Assembly: GCA_030704615.1 (NCBI GenBank)
Contig: CM060734.1
Span: 23,870,001-23,934,000 of the forward strand
Origin: Takakia lepidozioides
Lineage: Eukaryota > Plantae > Bryophyta
DNA length: 64,000 bases
Direction of reading: 5' to 3'
Positions 12,735 to 25,954 of the stretch are shown here, piece after piece; positions within the stretch are counted from its first letter, which is position 1, and each line of letters opens with the position of its first letter. A program made the translations under genes and the position numbers. The notes beneath the pieces are model-generated. The model made no database searches, was not told the origin of the DNA, and saw only the letters and a program-made list of their open reading frames with translations.

Positions 12735-13021
12735 AGAAAGCTACCTTTGGAGAGATAAGAAGCTAGCTTAATTCTGATTACACACACGGCCCTCTGTGCG
12801 AAACCTTCGGCATTTGCTATGCGAACGCTCCGCACCTTTCAGGAGCTAGGGGGGTATGAGAGAGGCACGGAGCGTTCACGGAGGGATGTAGAAAGAATAA
12901 GGCCCAAAAGTTCGAAGAAACCACTCATAGCAAAAAATATTTTTTTGGGCCTAAATCTCGAGTTTTTTATCTCGTATTCTCTCGTTCGGAGAAGCGAAAA
13001 TCCTTAAAACAAATAGAGGAG

Positions 13022-15335
13022 ATAGTCCAACTACAGAACTTCTTCTTTTTCCTCATTTTTGTGGTTGTGCTTCGTGGCACGGCAACACCTATACTATTTC
13101 GATGGTTGGTAAGTAGAGATGTTCCCTCCTCCTCATGGTACTATAATACCTAGTTTTACTTCTCTATTACTGGTTTTAGTTTATATACATTCCAGGGGAT
13201 TCCTGCGCTCTATGGACGAAACAAAGGCTAGTTTTGGTAAGAGCAAGACCCATTATAATACCCAACATAATTGAGAAAAGCTCCCCCCAAACTAAAGTTA
13301 AAACCTCATTTTTTTATTTTTCCTTTTTTCTCTCCATTTTATTATTCTCAATTTTGGGGGAGACTTATCATATTTAGAATCTTTCCGTGGTGTGCTTTTT
13401 TTTCTATTATTCCGTACATTCTTTCTATCATCTAGTCATAATAGGCGCGATAGGTTGGCGAACAAAGGGCGTAAGCTTAGGATGGAAGAGATGGAACTGC
13501 GTGAGCGGGCACGGAGAGGAAAGCGCCAAGCGCTTTGGCCTAACGGGAAGGAGAAATGAGAAAATGAAAAGAGAGAAAATTTTGACTTTTTATCCTTTTG
13601 CAAAGAATCAAAAATATTTTTGATTTTTCTGCTGCGATTTCCAAAAACCTTCGGCCTCAACGAAAAAGCCAAAAATTTGGTTTTTTATTCTCTGTTTGTT
13701 TTTTTGCAAGCTTATTCTTCCGTCTCTGAAAAAGAAGCGCTTGACGCTTTCTCGGTTACACCACCCTATGATGGGTGTAACCAAGAAAGCGCCAAGCGCT
13801 TTGATTGGAATAGATGTTTTATTGTTCGCGCCTTACCAAATAGACTGATGGATGTTGGTCATGACTTTCGAAAAGTTGCCATGACTATGAAGATTTCACA
13901 TGGAGGAGTTTGCATCTTTATTATGGGTGTTATTATGTCGTGCGACCCGGTAGCTTATGTGCGACCATCATCGCTTCCAAGCCCACGCCTACAACATGGT
14001 GTGAACTCTAGTTGAATTCGGGTTTTAAATCCCGCTGTTGAGATGCCCAGTTGACTCTTGAACCTCGATAGGAAGATGGTTTTTTCCCAAATTAGTGCAA
14101 AAGGTTTAGGGACTTAGGATGAACCAATGTGAATGGGTATGAGAAGCTTCGCTGCTCGAAAACACCCAGTACTGACCACACTGAGAGACTTGCCAATGGC
14201 AAGAGAGGCCGCGGGTAACGCGAGTTGGCGAAGTGGCGTTAAACATTCCTAGCGGTACGAAAATAAAGGTCGTGATGATATCATCTACGTTTATACAGCT
14301 CCTCGTGGAGTAAATCTCACATCCAACCATCTGACTAGGGAACGAGATAATTCCCACTAAGTTCTAGTGAAACTGGCAGGCCAGCCGGGCCATAAGTTAG
14401 TGGGAACAGGATTATCCCAAAAAGACTAAACCTTCGGGGCAAAAGCTCACTTTGCTTGCGTTAGTAAAATGAAGGATTCCCGGGGGAAAGGCTGACGCGG
14501 GGACTCAGGGCGTGGCGTAACGAATAGCGAGGAGTTCATATGAGCAGAATGGACGGATAAAAAATAGTTTTGGCCATCCCGCCCGACCATAAACTAGGCG
14601 GACGCCATGTAAATCTCTGCTTTATATCTCATTTGGTCTTCAGGCTCCCCTGAGAAGAGCCGTATGAGGCCAGAGGCTCACGTACGGTTCGGAAGCCAAG
14701 CCCCTGCAGTAATGTTGCGGCTTAGGTTAACCAACACAAAAAAGAGACAGTTTACTCAATATTGCCTTTGGGTTCCAAACTACATATGGGAAAGGAACGT
14801 TGTTGTTCGCAAGGTATTGATCAATTACATGGACCCACTTTTCATTCCATTCATGGTACTTCAATTATTTATAAACCATCCTTAAAAAACCCATTCATGT
14901 TTGAGCATGGTGGATCACTTCGTGCCATAATTGACTTGTTGCCAATCACTGCGCCCTCGTACGAGAGTAAAGGAGTAGAAAAAAGAAATATATATATTTA
15001 TTTATATTTATATTTATATTCAGTTTTTTCATGGTGACGGATCGTGGAGAAATCGCGAACGTAATAGTTTCCCACATTGGTTGACTGTGGTCCCAGAAAA
15101 AAGATTATCTTTTTCTAATCAAGAAACGAGCACTACCAAAGTGGCTATACATACCAATCTCTTTACGGATCCATATGCTTTGATTGGAATTGGAAGTTTC
15201 GAAACAGGCTGGTATATTACCACAATGAAACTACCCTTTATTTTTTGTATTCGGATAGGTTTTATTCTGGCTTCATTGGGAGGCTTGCGTAGTTTCTTAC
15301 GTCAGCTCATTTTTTCCAGATTGGATTGGAACCTA
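13022..15335 (+). pseudogene. ccmFC: Mitochondrial ccmFC (NUMT), two exons
   Basis: (ATA)VQLQNFFF, RGTATPILF.W, MKISHGGVCIFIMGVI-S/NTKK, LTVVPEKR, TTKVAIHTNLFTD, TMKLPFIFCI..LASLGGLRS. Confidence 0.93.
13940..14731 (+). ncRNA. Group II intron of ccmFC, at the position of the conserved land-plant ccmFC intron; no maturase
   Basis: 5' GTGCGACCCGG; domain V GAGCCGTATGAGG..CTCACGTACGGTTC (about 14658-14690); 3' AAC; removal restores GVIMS-NTKK. Confidence 0.92.
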
Positions 15336-15388
15336 TATATATATATATATATTCATATGTATGAAAAAATGTTGGGAATTACCGGAAT

Positions 15389-15460
15389 CTGGAGTAAAAA
15401 GATTCGAACCTTTGCCTGTCGGTATAAAAAACCGAAGCCTATCCACTTGGCTATATTCCA
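15389..15460 (-). tRNA. trnQ: Mitochondrial tRNA-Gln copy (NUMT pseudo-tRNA; anticodon reads TTT instead of TTG)
   Basis: TGGAATATAGCCAAGTGGATAGGC-TTCGGT TTTTTAT ACCGA-CAGGCAAAGGTTCGAATCTTTTTACTCCAG cloverleaf resembling plant mitochondrial trnQ. Confidence 0.85.
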
Positions 15461-16220
15461 AAAAATCCACCTACGGCCTTTGTTCGTGAAGCCCACAAAG
15501 TGCTATGCACCTGAAACAAAAACGAAATCACTTCCCACTGCGCCAATAGCCCATAATGAAACATCGGGGGGGGCGTGTAATTTGGTTATGTTCTCCTACG
15601 CTATTATTTCGTAACCGAATCATTCATCTATATCGTGGATGAATGACCCGTAGCTTTAACCCCGGGCCGGGTCGTTCTCCTCTGGGGGGCTGCTATTTCA
15701 TGAGCCATGAGCCATGAGCGGCATGAGCCATGAGCAGAGTCGTAAGTGTCGAAAAAAACATGAGCAGAATTTTTTTGCGGAAATTATTGTCCACGGGAAT
15801 AGGGTTGAGGGTGTCACAGTCATAGGGGGACAAGGACCTCCCGATGAAGGAGGTTGGGCAATGTTTTTTAGAATTACATATTGAAAGGCAATGTTTTACG
15901 AATGGTAGGGTGGTACTGCTCTATACAATGGGCCCCCATTACAGCCTACTAGCTACTTCCAAAATCCACCCCCACTCCCAATCCAAAACGAAATGACGAA
16001 TGATGCATTGTGAGAACGATGGATACAGAATAGAACAAAAAGGAGGGCACAATGGGGTTTTTATTGATCCACATGAATTGCATTTGAAGCACGTCTACTG
16101 TGTTGATGGTGCAAGCAAATCTATAGACATGTGCCTTCTGAATACAAGTCACCGCGTTGTCAGCGGGACTTCGACTGCTCTGAAAACTAGCTCATGAGTC
16201 ATTGGGCTCCTCCAGGTAAA

Positions 16221-16865
16221 CTAGATTGCAGCCGTTGTACCGCCCCTGTTGATGTTCACCACAATGTCGTGCCCTTCAATCATACCACCATCGAATATGG
16301 AAAGCTTCACTTTTTCGTCATCCACACCAATGCGAATGTCGCCATACAATGGAGAAGAGGAGCGCACTCCTTCAGGAGTATACGTCTCTCCGATGGAGTC
16401 CACCCACGTCCACTTGCAGCAGTTCCACCGCAACAGCATAGCAGTGTGCATTCTTCTGCATGGGTGCACGCCGTAACTAGAAAAATCGGAATCAAGGATG
16501 TGCAGGAGCCACGGACTCCTCAGACCAAGATCGTCACCCCACTCGAAGGCGTAGTGGCCTGGGATATACTCAAAAGCTGACAATGTTTCCACATTCGCCC
16601 CACTATCTTCTGTGGAAACTGTATGCCAGATAACGATGTCTCGCGATGTGGCCAAATACATTGCATAATCAAAGCCTCCATAAGGGCAGTCGTCCTGGTT
16701 CCGCAAGCACGGCATCCTTGCAAAGGAGGCCCTTAGGACGTGTTTGTTGTCGATGACAATGACCTTGCAGACAGCAACGAAGCCCTTTGAATTTCCAAAT
16801 GATGAGAAGCGGAAGAGCACTGCGGGCTCCAATAATGGAGGATCTGGGTCCCACCTACCCACCAA
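16221..16865 (-). CDS. Unknown 214-aa ORF inside the MULE (possible cargo); true start uncertain
   Basis: Open, protein-like, intronless ORF between the transposase and the terminus; no recognised motif. Confidence 0.4.
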   Translation of the reverse strand: MVGRWDPDPPLLEPAVLFRFSSFGNSKGFVAVCKVIVIDNKHVLRASFARMPCLRNQDDCPYGGFDYAMYLATSRDIVIWHTVSTEDSGANVETLSAFEYIPGHYAFEWGDDLGLRSPWLLHILDSDFSSYGVHPCRRMHTAMLLRWNCCKWTWVDSIGETYTPEGVRSSSPLYGDIRIGVDDEKVKLSIFDGGMIEGHDIVVNINRGGTTAAI

Positions 16866-17388
16866 TCATCGTGTAACGTGTTCATCACGCCAGCGGCGGA
16901 TGAACCGCTTACTCTTTCTCATCCACGGGGAACAGTCGGCCATCTGCCACCGAAGTCCATCCCCCCGGATGGAAATTCGGCGCCGCATTTATATCGAAGG
17001 GGAGATGGATGCAGTCGTCTCGAGTGGCTATAGGCCCACCTGGCACTTACGGCCCATAGTTTGCATGACACGGAAGGAAACTGAAACGGCTACATTCATG
17101 GAGCAGCCAATCTTCATCCGTGCAGGTTCGTGTAAAGAATGAGGAAAGCAAAGTTTGGGAGAGCAGAAAAACAGGAACCCTCCAACAAACAAAAATACAA
17201 GCACGTGGAAACAGAAGTGAATGACATAGTATTATCTTAGTTCGAGCAAAACAGGTTACTGGTAGGCAAGACATAAGTCGAACCTTTCTGTGGCTAAAAT
17301 CAGAGGTACTTGCAGCAGTACAGTTCTACCATAACTGAAACTCCAAAAAAGATGGGCGTAACATTGTGTTGTGGCCCGCAAGCCAAGC

Positions 17389-20300
17389 TCACTGGTCCCT
17401 TGGATCCATATTCAGAAGAGTGTATACCTCTTGGGCGCTCAACCCTGGTGCATGTATGAAGTGATGAGTTGTGGAATTACACCGGAGTCTCTTTAGGTAC
17501 ACGTAGTACAGATGCTTGCAAGGGCAGTATGATGCCCCCTTGTTCGCCATGATCTGGAAGTCGGTGCAATTACAGGTGGGTAATTCTGAAATGGTGATGG
17601 TGTACACCTCATTGCGGACAGCTGAGCCTACCATGGCCATCTTATACACACGCCTGAAGCCTGGTGGGGGCACTTCTGTTGAGCTCTGAATTGTACAGTT
17701 CATCCGAAGTGCATTCCTCATCCTTGTCTCATTTACTTTTGAGGGACGTCGCCGCCTCTTCGGTTTCCCCCAACGGTGTGTAGGATGCTTAGAGTTGTCG
17801 CGTTCCATTGTTCTTGCTTTCACAAGGGTCGGTGGTGGAGGCTGTGGAAGCGGAAATGGTTGTCTGGGGACGTCAGTGCGCTGCACCATCCGAAATCCTG
17901 CGGCGGTAAGGGTGTCAGCCTCAACCTGACTTAGATCGCATCCTGGTTCCACCGGCCACACCGAGGGAGCCTCTAGCATTGTTTGTATGCCGTACTTGGG
18001 CTTTCCATACACGCAAGTCATAATGTCATGCCTGCAGAACCAGAACTGGGTAGTTGTCGCCTCCGCAAACTTTGTATGGACAAATCTTCTTGTAAAAGTA
18101 GGAGCAGGGACAGCCCCATCTGGATTCCTCCTTATCATCTCTAAACAACATTTCCGTGTATCCACTCAAATTGCGGAACACCTGCCTCGAAATGCCGGCC
18201 TTGTGCGAGCAATTCTCCACTGTTACGCAGACACAGTCGTCTCCACAATGGCTTGGCCATACTGCATAACAGCAGGCAGAATCTGGGGCAAGCGAGCGCA
18301 TGTCGGCCTCCCCCACGGAGACAACTTCATCCGATCGCACTCGGATGGAAATTCGGCGCCATTTTTCCATCCGGGGGATGAACTCTGGTCTCGCACGAAA
18401 TACCCGCTTGAAGGCGATGGTGATCTGAAAACTCTTGGGCTTCCACTGCGCGGCAACATGATGGGACCTCGAGGTGCTGTCCGAATGTTCCTGTCGGATC
18501 TCCAAGAATCCTCTTCGCACCCGGGTTCCTCTTCAATCCTCCGCCTCACAGGGCGAGTACGGACGTCCCCCTCTAGGTGTGCGGTACAGAGGCGTCCCTT
18601 TGATCTTCTCTCGCAATGTTGTCGCCCATTTTAGTGGATTCTTCGACCTCGAAGCTGTTCGTACCAACAATTCCTCCCTGTCCGGCCCAAAGCCCCATTG
18701 TTTCCCGCTCAGGAACTTGTAGTACCTGGCTTGCTGCATGATTGCTCTGTCGATGTCCTCCGTTGTGGCCGTCACTACGTCCACCAGATGTGCGGCAGAA
18801 GACGCTCGCTAGGAGGAGTGGACTGATTCTGCCATATTTGTGTTCGACATGTCCGTGTCATAATCCAGGCACCACTCCTACAAGGACTGGATCAATGGTG
18901 AGGGATAAATGGAAAGGTCCGTAATAGAACGACAATTGCAGGAAAAGTCTGGCATCATACCTCCCGCATGTACTGTCCGAACTGTCGATACCGGAAACGT
19001 CACCACCCCAACCAGTTGTGCAAGGCTCCCATATTGGTTTTCTCCACTGCACCTGACGTGTTCCACCAAGCCTCGATGATAGCAAACTTAACCTCCGCGT
19101 CATCAAATGTGGGTGCATCCTTCCACGCCGTACAAAGGACACGGTGTTCAGCTTGGAATGAGCTAGCAACAAATTTGGTAGTGTAGTGAGATAGACTCTG
19201 CATCCAATGGAATCCACAGGATTTCTCTTTCCCCTCCATTGGAACATTGGGGTCCTCACCGTACACACGCCGTACCGCTGCCCAGTTGGCCTGAGCGTTG
19301 TCTGCCACGAATCCCTTGAAATTGGGCTCTGGCAAACCCGCCCTTGCCATCTGCTCGTTTATGCCCTCCCACAGATGCATCTCCGACTGTGTGTCCTCCC
19401 CTTTCATCTTACATATTGCAATCGTCATGAGCCCTCTGGAATAATAGTCATAAACATGCGCATCCATGGTCACCCACTGATGGTTTATAATTCGATTGAT
19501 GTGGTCAAACATCACCCAAGCATTCGACAAGTTTCCAGTTGTCGTGCGAGTGACCAAGTCGACTCCACTCCCAGGCCCACACGTTGACATTTTAAAAATG
19601 TAACAACGATCGGATTCGCTGCCTTGCCTTGGAAACCTGCTACATTGGATGTAGTCATATCCAGTCCTTTGTTTCACCTCCAGGATTGAGTGCATGTCCG
19701 ACCCCCGGCCGAACTCCTGCTTGCAAGATACGATGTGATTCCGCACATTTGGACTACAAACCTGCGAGACGGACTCCAACAGGTCAAGCATCTCCTCTTC
19801 GTTCAAGGGCACTCGGTCTGAACCATCTTTAGACATGATTTTGCCAAGAGCAATCTTGTGGGCTGCCTTGAGCTGAATCTACTTTGGTCTGGCTCCGGGG
19901 CTCAATTTCACCTCCTCTTTTATGATGTCGTGTGCTTCCTGCACAGCCTTCTGGATGTTGCCTCTCGCCAAGGGGTGGCAGTGGACCCCAACGTGTATGC
20001 AAGCTCTAGTCAAGTCCGGGAGCAAATGGATTACATAATATTGCTTGGCTCTGCACATGGACATGCACGTCGGTGGTTCTTTGCAATGTGCGCACTTGAA
20101 AATACCCGCTGCTGGAGACAATGAATGAATGATGGGTTGTGCCAGTCCAATCCGCCCTCCTTTGGAGAGAAAGTGGAAGCAGGCGGGATTTAGGCACCTC
20201 AGCTTCCCCGCACAGAGGACGTATTGTACACGAACACCATCAGCAATTTTCGTGCTACTGGTCTTCGTCACACACCAGGGGTGTCCGTCATGCTTTCGAT

Positions 20301-20776
20301 CCATGTCTGTTAACATACCTGAGGCTTTGTTTGACGAAATAACAGGTGGAAACTCGAAGATCACATTACCATCAACTTTGGGAGGCAGATACGTTACCTT
20401 CCTGACTGGAAATTTGGCATAGTCGAGAGCAGCCAGCTCGGAGCGAGAACCATCAAGGTGATGTTGCCGTAGGAGCTGCACAATGGACCGGGTTGGAGTT
20501 ATGCTCGAGGGTACATGCGTAGCACCTGCAGAGACGTCCATGTCGGATTTGAACGACCGTGTGGAGGACATAGGGACCTCAATGCACTCATCTTCCTCGT
20601 CGGAAATGTCGAATACCTCCACACGAAAAGCTATGGAGGGTCTTGACGGTCCAGGTCAGGAATGATTATCGTTGCATACCTCTCTGTTGGCAGTGGCCGC
20701 CTGTCGGTTTCCCGACTCCTCTGTGGATGGTGTGGGAAGCGACTGATTCAGAAAGGGAATGGGCATTCCCACAGCG
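17389..20776 (-). pseudogene. MULE-type transposase: GCM-like zinc domain, DDE core, 83-bp intron (18960-18878), C-terminal SWIM finger
   Basis: WVMFDH (D1), FVADNAQAN (D2), SCGFHW (CxxH), TNMAESVH (E) after a GT-AG intron, TCNC-x13-PCKHLYYV (SWIM); several stops and frameshifts. Confidence 0.85.
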
Positions 20777-22139
20777 TGTCGCGTACCTCACTTCGATAAG
20801 CTCCCCTTCAAGTCATAGTTACTCGCTTTGATGCGCGCGCCTGACTCCCAACCTGGCCGCCCGGGCCAACTTGGAGCTTTGGCTGCTCACCGGGACATAA
20901 CGGTCCCCCTTCGCTTCCCACTAAACCCTCCACCTATTTGGGACTAGGAGAATTCCCTTTGGTAGATGGCAGTCCGGAACAGCTCCCCACTCTTTGGTCG
21001 CTTTCCGGCTCGCTCGCTTAATCACTAGTTTTTGGTCACCAACAGGCTTGCACCGTTCTCGGGGTCACTACTCCCCTTATATATACTTCTGTAGCTGTCC
21101 GCGGGGGTTTCACAACCAGCCATGCCATGTTATGGCGAACCACCACGAAAACCCTCGACCCCCGGTGATGAGTCGCGGTGAATCTTGGCCCACTCACTAC
21201 GGCCCCTATGGACCGTGATGAGTCCCAAGACTCCCCACGACTCCCACCACGAGGTCTCCGCCCCCATGGTGAGTCCTATGCCACCCCCACTAAGTCCCGC
21301 TAAGCTACCACCACCCCTTGTGGAGCCACCCCACCACAACCCGGTGTGCGGGGCTCCACCTAGTGAGCGCCTCCGCCCTCCTTGGGTGCCTTGGGCACTC
21401 AAGGGTGCTTCAGCCCCCCATACCTATCGCTGCCGCTGCCCCCACCACAGGGGCAACCCCTCATGTGTCCCGACCCCCTTGCCCTCAAGGCAAAGGGCCG
21501 CGACACACACCCCTACCAACAGGGAGTCGATGTCCTCATCGACTTGTTCATTTTGTAGAAATGAACATCCAAGTTGTGGCGTCCCACATCAAGGAGTTTG
21601 TTTCCGTACCATGGCGTCCCATGGCAAAGAACCAAACCCCACACTTGACTCTACTCTCCACTAGCTAGTTCGGCCAACTTCCTCCAAGTCCCGGCCAAGG
21701 ATGGAGCCTCTCCAGCTCCTCCCAGTGCACTCTTCTTGGCCTACTTCAAGGCCAAGGAACGATCCTCCCCGAGGATCGAATCGCCTTACTGCAACAACAT
21801 TGCTTGCGATCGCTCATGATGCCGCTTTTGGCATCATCTTGAGCAAGGGTTCACCTGGAACCCTCTTTGACTAGGAAGATAACCTTGAACCAACCGTGCG
21901 CCCCAATCACTACAATTGGGTCCGCCTTGGAATGCTGGCCTGAGGTACGGGAACACGCCGAAGCCGCACTACGACTTCGTCCCGAGGCTACACGATTATA
22001 GTATGTGAACGGAAGCACGTAGCTTCCGCGTTAGCCCGCACTACAAGGCAACCCCCTCGGTAGCGCAGTTATAGTATGCGCACGCGCCAGGTGCGCACTA
22101 GCACGTGAACTCCCAAAGAAGGCGCAAGTTTCCTTGCCC

Positions 22140-22592
22140 CTTGGATGTTATGGTGTGGAGTGTTGTCGTACGACGTATCCAGCCCACGTCTCCAACAATC
22201 GTTCACATTGCGCGCCATGTTGTTATGGTCTATCCACGACTTCCTTGGATATGGAATGATGGCAAGACAGGTTACAAAAGAATATGCCGCATGTCCTGCA
22301 TGTAGGTCTAATTGCGATTCAAGGTATTCAAAGGTCACAAAAATCTTTTCCTCTGACATAGAAGGTTCCTCCCTGACCACCATCCATATAGGAGATCACT
22401 TCTGTTCAATGACAAGCAGGAGCTTAGACCAGCACCTCCTACCATGCCTGCATCCGAAATCGAGGACGCTGCCATAGACTATGCAAAAAGGATAGCTGAG
22501 GGAGGGACAGTGGGAGGCAAGCCTGATCCTTCCAAGAAGCACGGTGTTAAACGACGATCCTATTTGTTCAACCTGCCATATTGGAAGGTACA
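22140..22592 (+). mobile_element. CACTA/EnSpm TNP2-like transposase fragment
   Basis: FTLRAMLLWSIHDFLGYGMM..TKEYAACPAC and downstream KKHGVKRRSYLFNLPYWK. Confidence 0.85.
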
Positions 22593-22619
22593 GGGGCAAG
22601 GTCAGGTTTCCTGACATCA

Positions 22620-24870
22620 CTTCCAAATTTCGTTCAAATGAATTTTGATTGATCTCATATTAGTCCGGAACCTATGAGAGGGTGTACCGAACGTACTAGC
22701 AAAGTTTGAAAGCAAACACAAATGATTTGGATGGGCAACCATCCGTTCACCCGTTGAATGAATTCTGTTGGATCTGCTATTACTTTGGGACTTGTTGGAT
22801 TGCGTTTCGCGTGCACATGTTTTTTTTTTCATTCCGTTTTTTAACCGTATATGTAATGACGACATATGCAACGTGCGTGCCAAATTTGGGAGTGAACAAA
22901 ATTCATTTGGACCCAAAACCACGGTTTCTTCCCTGTTTTGCACTGCAAACTTGATTTGTGTTCTACTTCATGCACTCTTCATAGAGAGTTATGCAATACG
23001 AAACGAAGAGATTTTTTTATTTTTTTATTTTTTTGGTTTGGTTCAAGTTTTTTGCAGAGGAGTAGCGGTGGGAGGCTTGAAGCCGCAGAACAAAATTGAG
23101 CCAAAAATAAAATCGATACGTAGCAGAAACCCCCAATCAAAGGTAGTGTAAACCTAATTATTTGCTTCAAATTCATTAAATTTAATTAAATTCTCGAATC
23201 GGATGAGGGGTGAGTGCGCCGATGGGGAGGCAAATGATTTTCTCTTCAGTTGTGTCTCCGCACATGTGTCGCACACATGTCCAAGCACATGCGGGCAAAA
23301 GTTGGGCTTGAACCACAACCGTTCAATGGGTGCAATAGCCGTGCACGCATTGCATGATTTCTTTTTCGCAATGAACAAAATTGGATGACAGGTGAACGCC
23401 TCATTGGCCCATTAATCGAATTTTGATTGATCTCATATTACTCTGGGACGTCTTAGATGGTACATTGAACATGCTGGCCAAGTCTCAGAGCGATTAAAAA
23501 TCATTTCGATGGGCAACCATCTGTTGGCCCATTGAACGAATTTCGTTTGATCTCATATTACTCTGGGATTGTTATGCAATAGTGAGCGAAGAGATATTTT
23601 ATTTATTTTCCATTTTTGTTTGGTCCAAATTTTTGCAGGGGAGTAGCGGTGGGAGGCTTGAAGCCGCGAAACAAAATTGAGCCAAAAATAAAATCGATAC
23701 GTAGCAGAAACCCCCAATCAAAGGCAGTGTAAACCTAATTATTTGCTTCAAATTCATTTAAATTTAATTAAATTCTCGAATCGGTTGAGGGGTGAGCGTG
23801 CCGATGGGGAGGCAAATGATTTTCTCTTCTGTTGTGTCTCCGCACATGCAGGATTTTTTTTTCGCAATGAACAAAATTGGATGACAAGTGAACGTCTCAT
23901 TGGCCCATTGAACGAATTTCGATGGATCTCAGATTACTCTATGACCTATCAGATGGTACATTGAACATGCTGGCCAAGTCTCAAAACGAACGAAAATCAT
24001 TTTGATTGACAACCATCCATTGGCCCATTGAACAAATTTTACTTCATCTCATATTACTCTGGGACCTCTTAGATGGTACATGCAACATACTGGCCAAGTC
24101 TCAAAGCGAACCAAACTCATTTTGATGGGCAACCATCCGTTCAGCCATCGAATGAATTTCGTTTCATCTCATATTAGTCCGGGACCTGATACATGGCAAG
24201 TTGAACATAGTGGCAAAGTTTGAAGGCAAACGAAAATCATTTGGATGGTCAACCATTCGATCGCCCATTGAATGAATTCGTTTATCATATTGGATCGGGA
24301 CCTGTTACATGATATACTTTTTGAAGCTCTTTTTGTAGTGTCTCCTACTTCGTAATGCGGTGCTTCTCCATGTCCACTTTAGCCAATCTGTCGATGTTCT
24401 CCACCTGGAACAGATCCACATATGTGACCCGACCTCCTTAAATAACCAAATGACCATGTAAACTTTATAAGCCTCATCCACAGCTTCAAGTTTTGATGGT
24501 CATTTGGTTTTTTTAAGTATTTCTATACACATGTGTGGATCTGTGACAGATGGAAAACATCAACATTGGAAAAATAAGAGCTGGAGAAGCACCTCATTAC
24601 GAAGCAAGAGACATTCCAGAAGATCTCAGCATGTTGAACATTTGGATGAAGAACCATTTCGTTCGTTACTTGAAGCGCTTCTGAAATGATCACAGTGGAA
24701 GCTAACGCGTCCTCGTTTCCCAACCATGTCTCCCCCTAGGCCACATTGATCTCGTATCGGGACCTGTTGCATGGTATGTTGAACATAGTGGCAAAGTTGA
24801 AGCAAACAGAAACCGTTTGGATCGTCAACCATTCGAGAGGGAGGTGAATGATTCGATCGCCCATTGATCA
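22620..24870. repeat. Diverged ~120-bp tandem array plus a ~280-bp duplication (about 22990-23265 vs 23572-23850)
   Basis: Recurring GGGCAACCATCCGTTGGCCCATTGAACGAATTTCGTTTGATCTCATATTACTCTGGGAC...GAACATGCTGGCCAAGTCTCA units. Confidence 0.85.
24326..24626. repeat. ~300-bp imperfect foldback; second copy at about 24901-25170
   Basis: GTGTCTC..CTTCGTAATGCGGTGCTTCTCCA pairs with TGGAGAAGCACCTCATTACGAAG..GAGACAT; AGATCCACA/TGTGGATCT; AACCAAATGACCAT/ATGGTCATTTGGTT. Confidence 0.85.
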
Positions 24871-25954
24871 AGCACCTTCATGGATGCCCTGCCTTTTAAA
24901 GCTCTTTTTTGTAGTGTCTCATATTTCGTAATGCGGTGCTTCTCCATGTCCTCTTTCTGGTGCCATTCTCGATCTGGAAGAGATCCACAGGTGTATAGAA
25001 ATCCTAAAAGAACCAAATAACCATCAAAATTTGAAGCCTCGTTTCCGGACCGCAGCTTTAGATTTTGATGGTTATTTTATTTTTGAAGGATTTTTATATA
25101 CGTCTGGATGTCTTCTAGATCGAAAATGTCATCGAATTGGAAAAAGAAGAGTTAGAGAAGCACTGCAGGTGTGGAGGGGATCCAAACACAAGGAATCAAA
25201 GCAACAACTCCCCTACACCAAAAATCTCTCCACAGTGTCGCTTACAAAGACACCCCAGCCCAAACCCGGACTGACTCTTGCCTCCACCTATGGAAAAGTC
25301 TTGGCCTACAGAGAAGGTGGAAAGCTACGGGGAAGAGAGCTAAAGCAATGCCTAACCCCAGCATACCCTCATCCCAACACTCTTTTTTTCCTCTCTTCCC
25401 TCACTTGCATGACCATGGGAAGCATCCTGTAGACACTCCTCAAACCGTCCTCCACGAGCTTATAAAACTTGGCCTTCAAGGCCCCATGTCAGCCTCCATA
25501 GGGTCCGCTAGTGCCTCCTTATGTCCACCGGCCATTCCTCATAATGGAACCACCTCAGGAAACCACGCCATTCGCTGAAGATTCAAAACATGAGCAAATG
25601 GAGATACATATAAGCCCCAACAAAGATCTGTCCAAAGGAATTACCTACAGGGCGGTATCCCATGGCATTGTTCCCCACGGTTCCCAATGAGTTCCCTATA
25701 GGTTCCCCAGTGTTCTCAATGGGTTCCCAAAGTTCTCATAGATTATTCCAAGAATATTCTATCCTGGACCTTAGTGGTTGTCATGCCACTAGCCCCCCAC
25801 TGGCTAGTGACCCTTCGTTTAGTGATCGTGGCCGCCACTAGCCCTCACTAGTGCTCTTTCGTGGCTTTTCCGTCGCCATTGTTGTCATTGAGCTCTGCCA
25901 GCAATGACATAGCAGGCGTAGGTTGGGGATCCTTGCGGTGCAGGGATTCCCAAC

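Larger units (their letters stand above)
8446..15683 (+). other. NUMT: ~7.2 kb nuclear copy of mitochondrial DNA (ccm cluster + trnQ)
   Basis: AT-rich block with plant-mitochondrial ccm genes in order, a group II intron and a tRNA; frameshifts and stops; nuclear SINE inserted inside; flanked by nuclear TEs. Confidence 0.93.
15684..20776 (-). mobile_element. Mutator-like DNA transposon, copy 1: one terminus, cargo ORF and decayed GCM-like/DDE/SWIM transposase
   Basis: Terminus GGGGGGCTGCTATTTCATGAGC with (CATGAGC)n subterminal repeats, resembling the ends of the element at 27834-30324; internal transposase motifs; other end missing. Confidence 0.8.

Noticed and set aside
8446-15683. Genuine mitochondrial contig, or functional transfer of ccm genes to the nucleus
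   Set aside because: Frameshifts, a nuclear SINE with TSD, unedited codons, retained group II intron and no targeting peptides.
17987-18634. 215-aa plus-strand ORF and other ORFs overlapping TE genes
   Set aside because: Antisense shadows of transposase or pol coding sequence.
20777-22135. GC-rich segment that truncates MULE copy 1 (possible LTR or DIRS piece)
   Set aside because: No termini, TSD or protein motif could be supported, so it was left unclassified.
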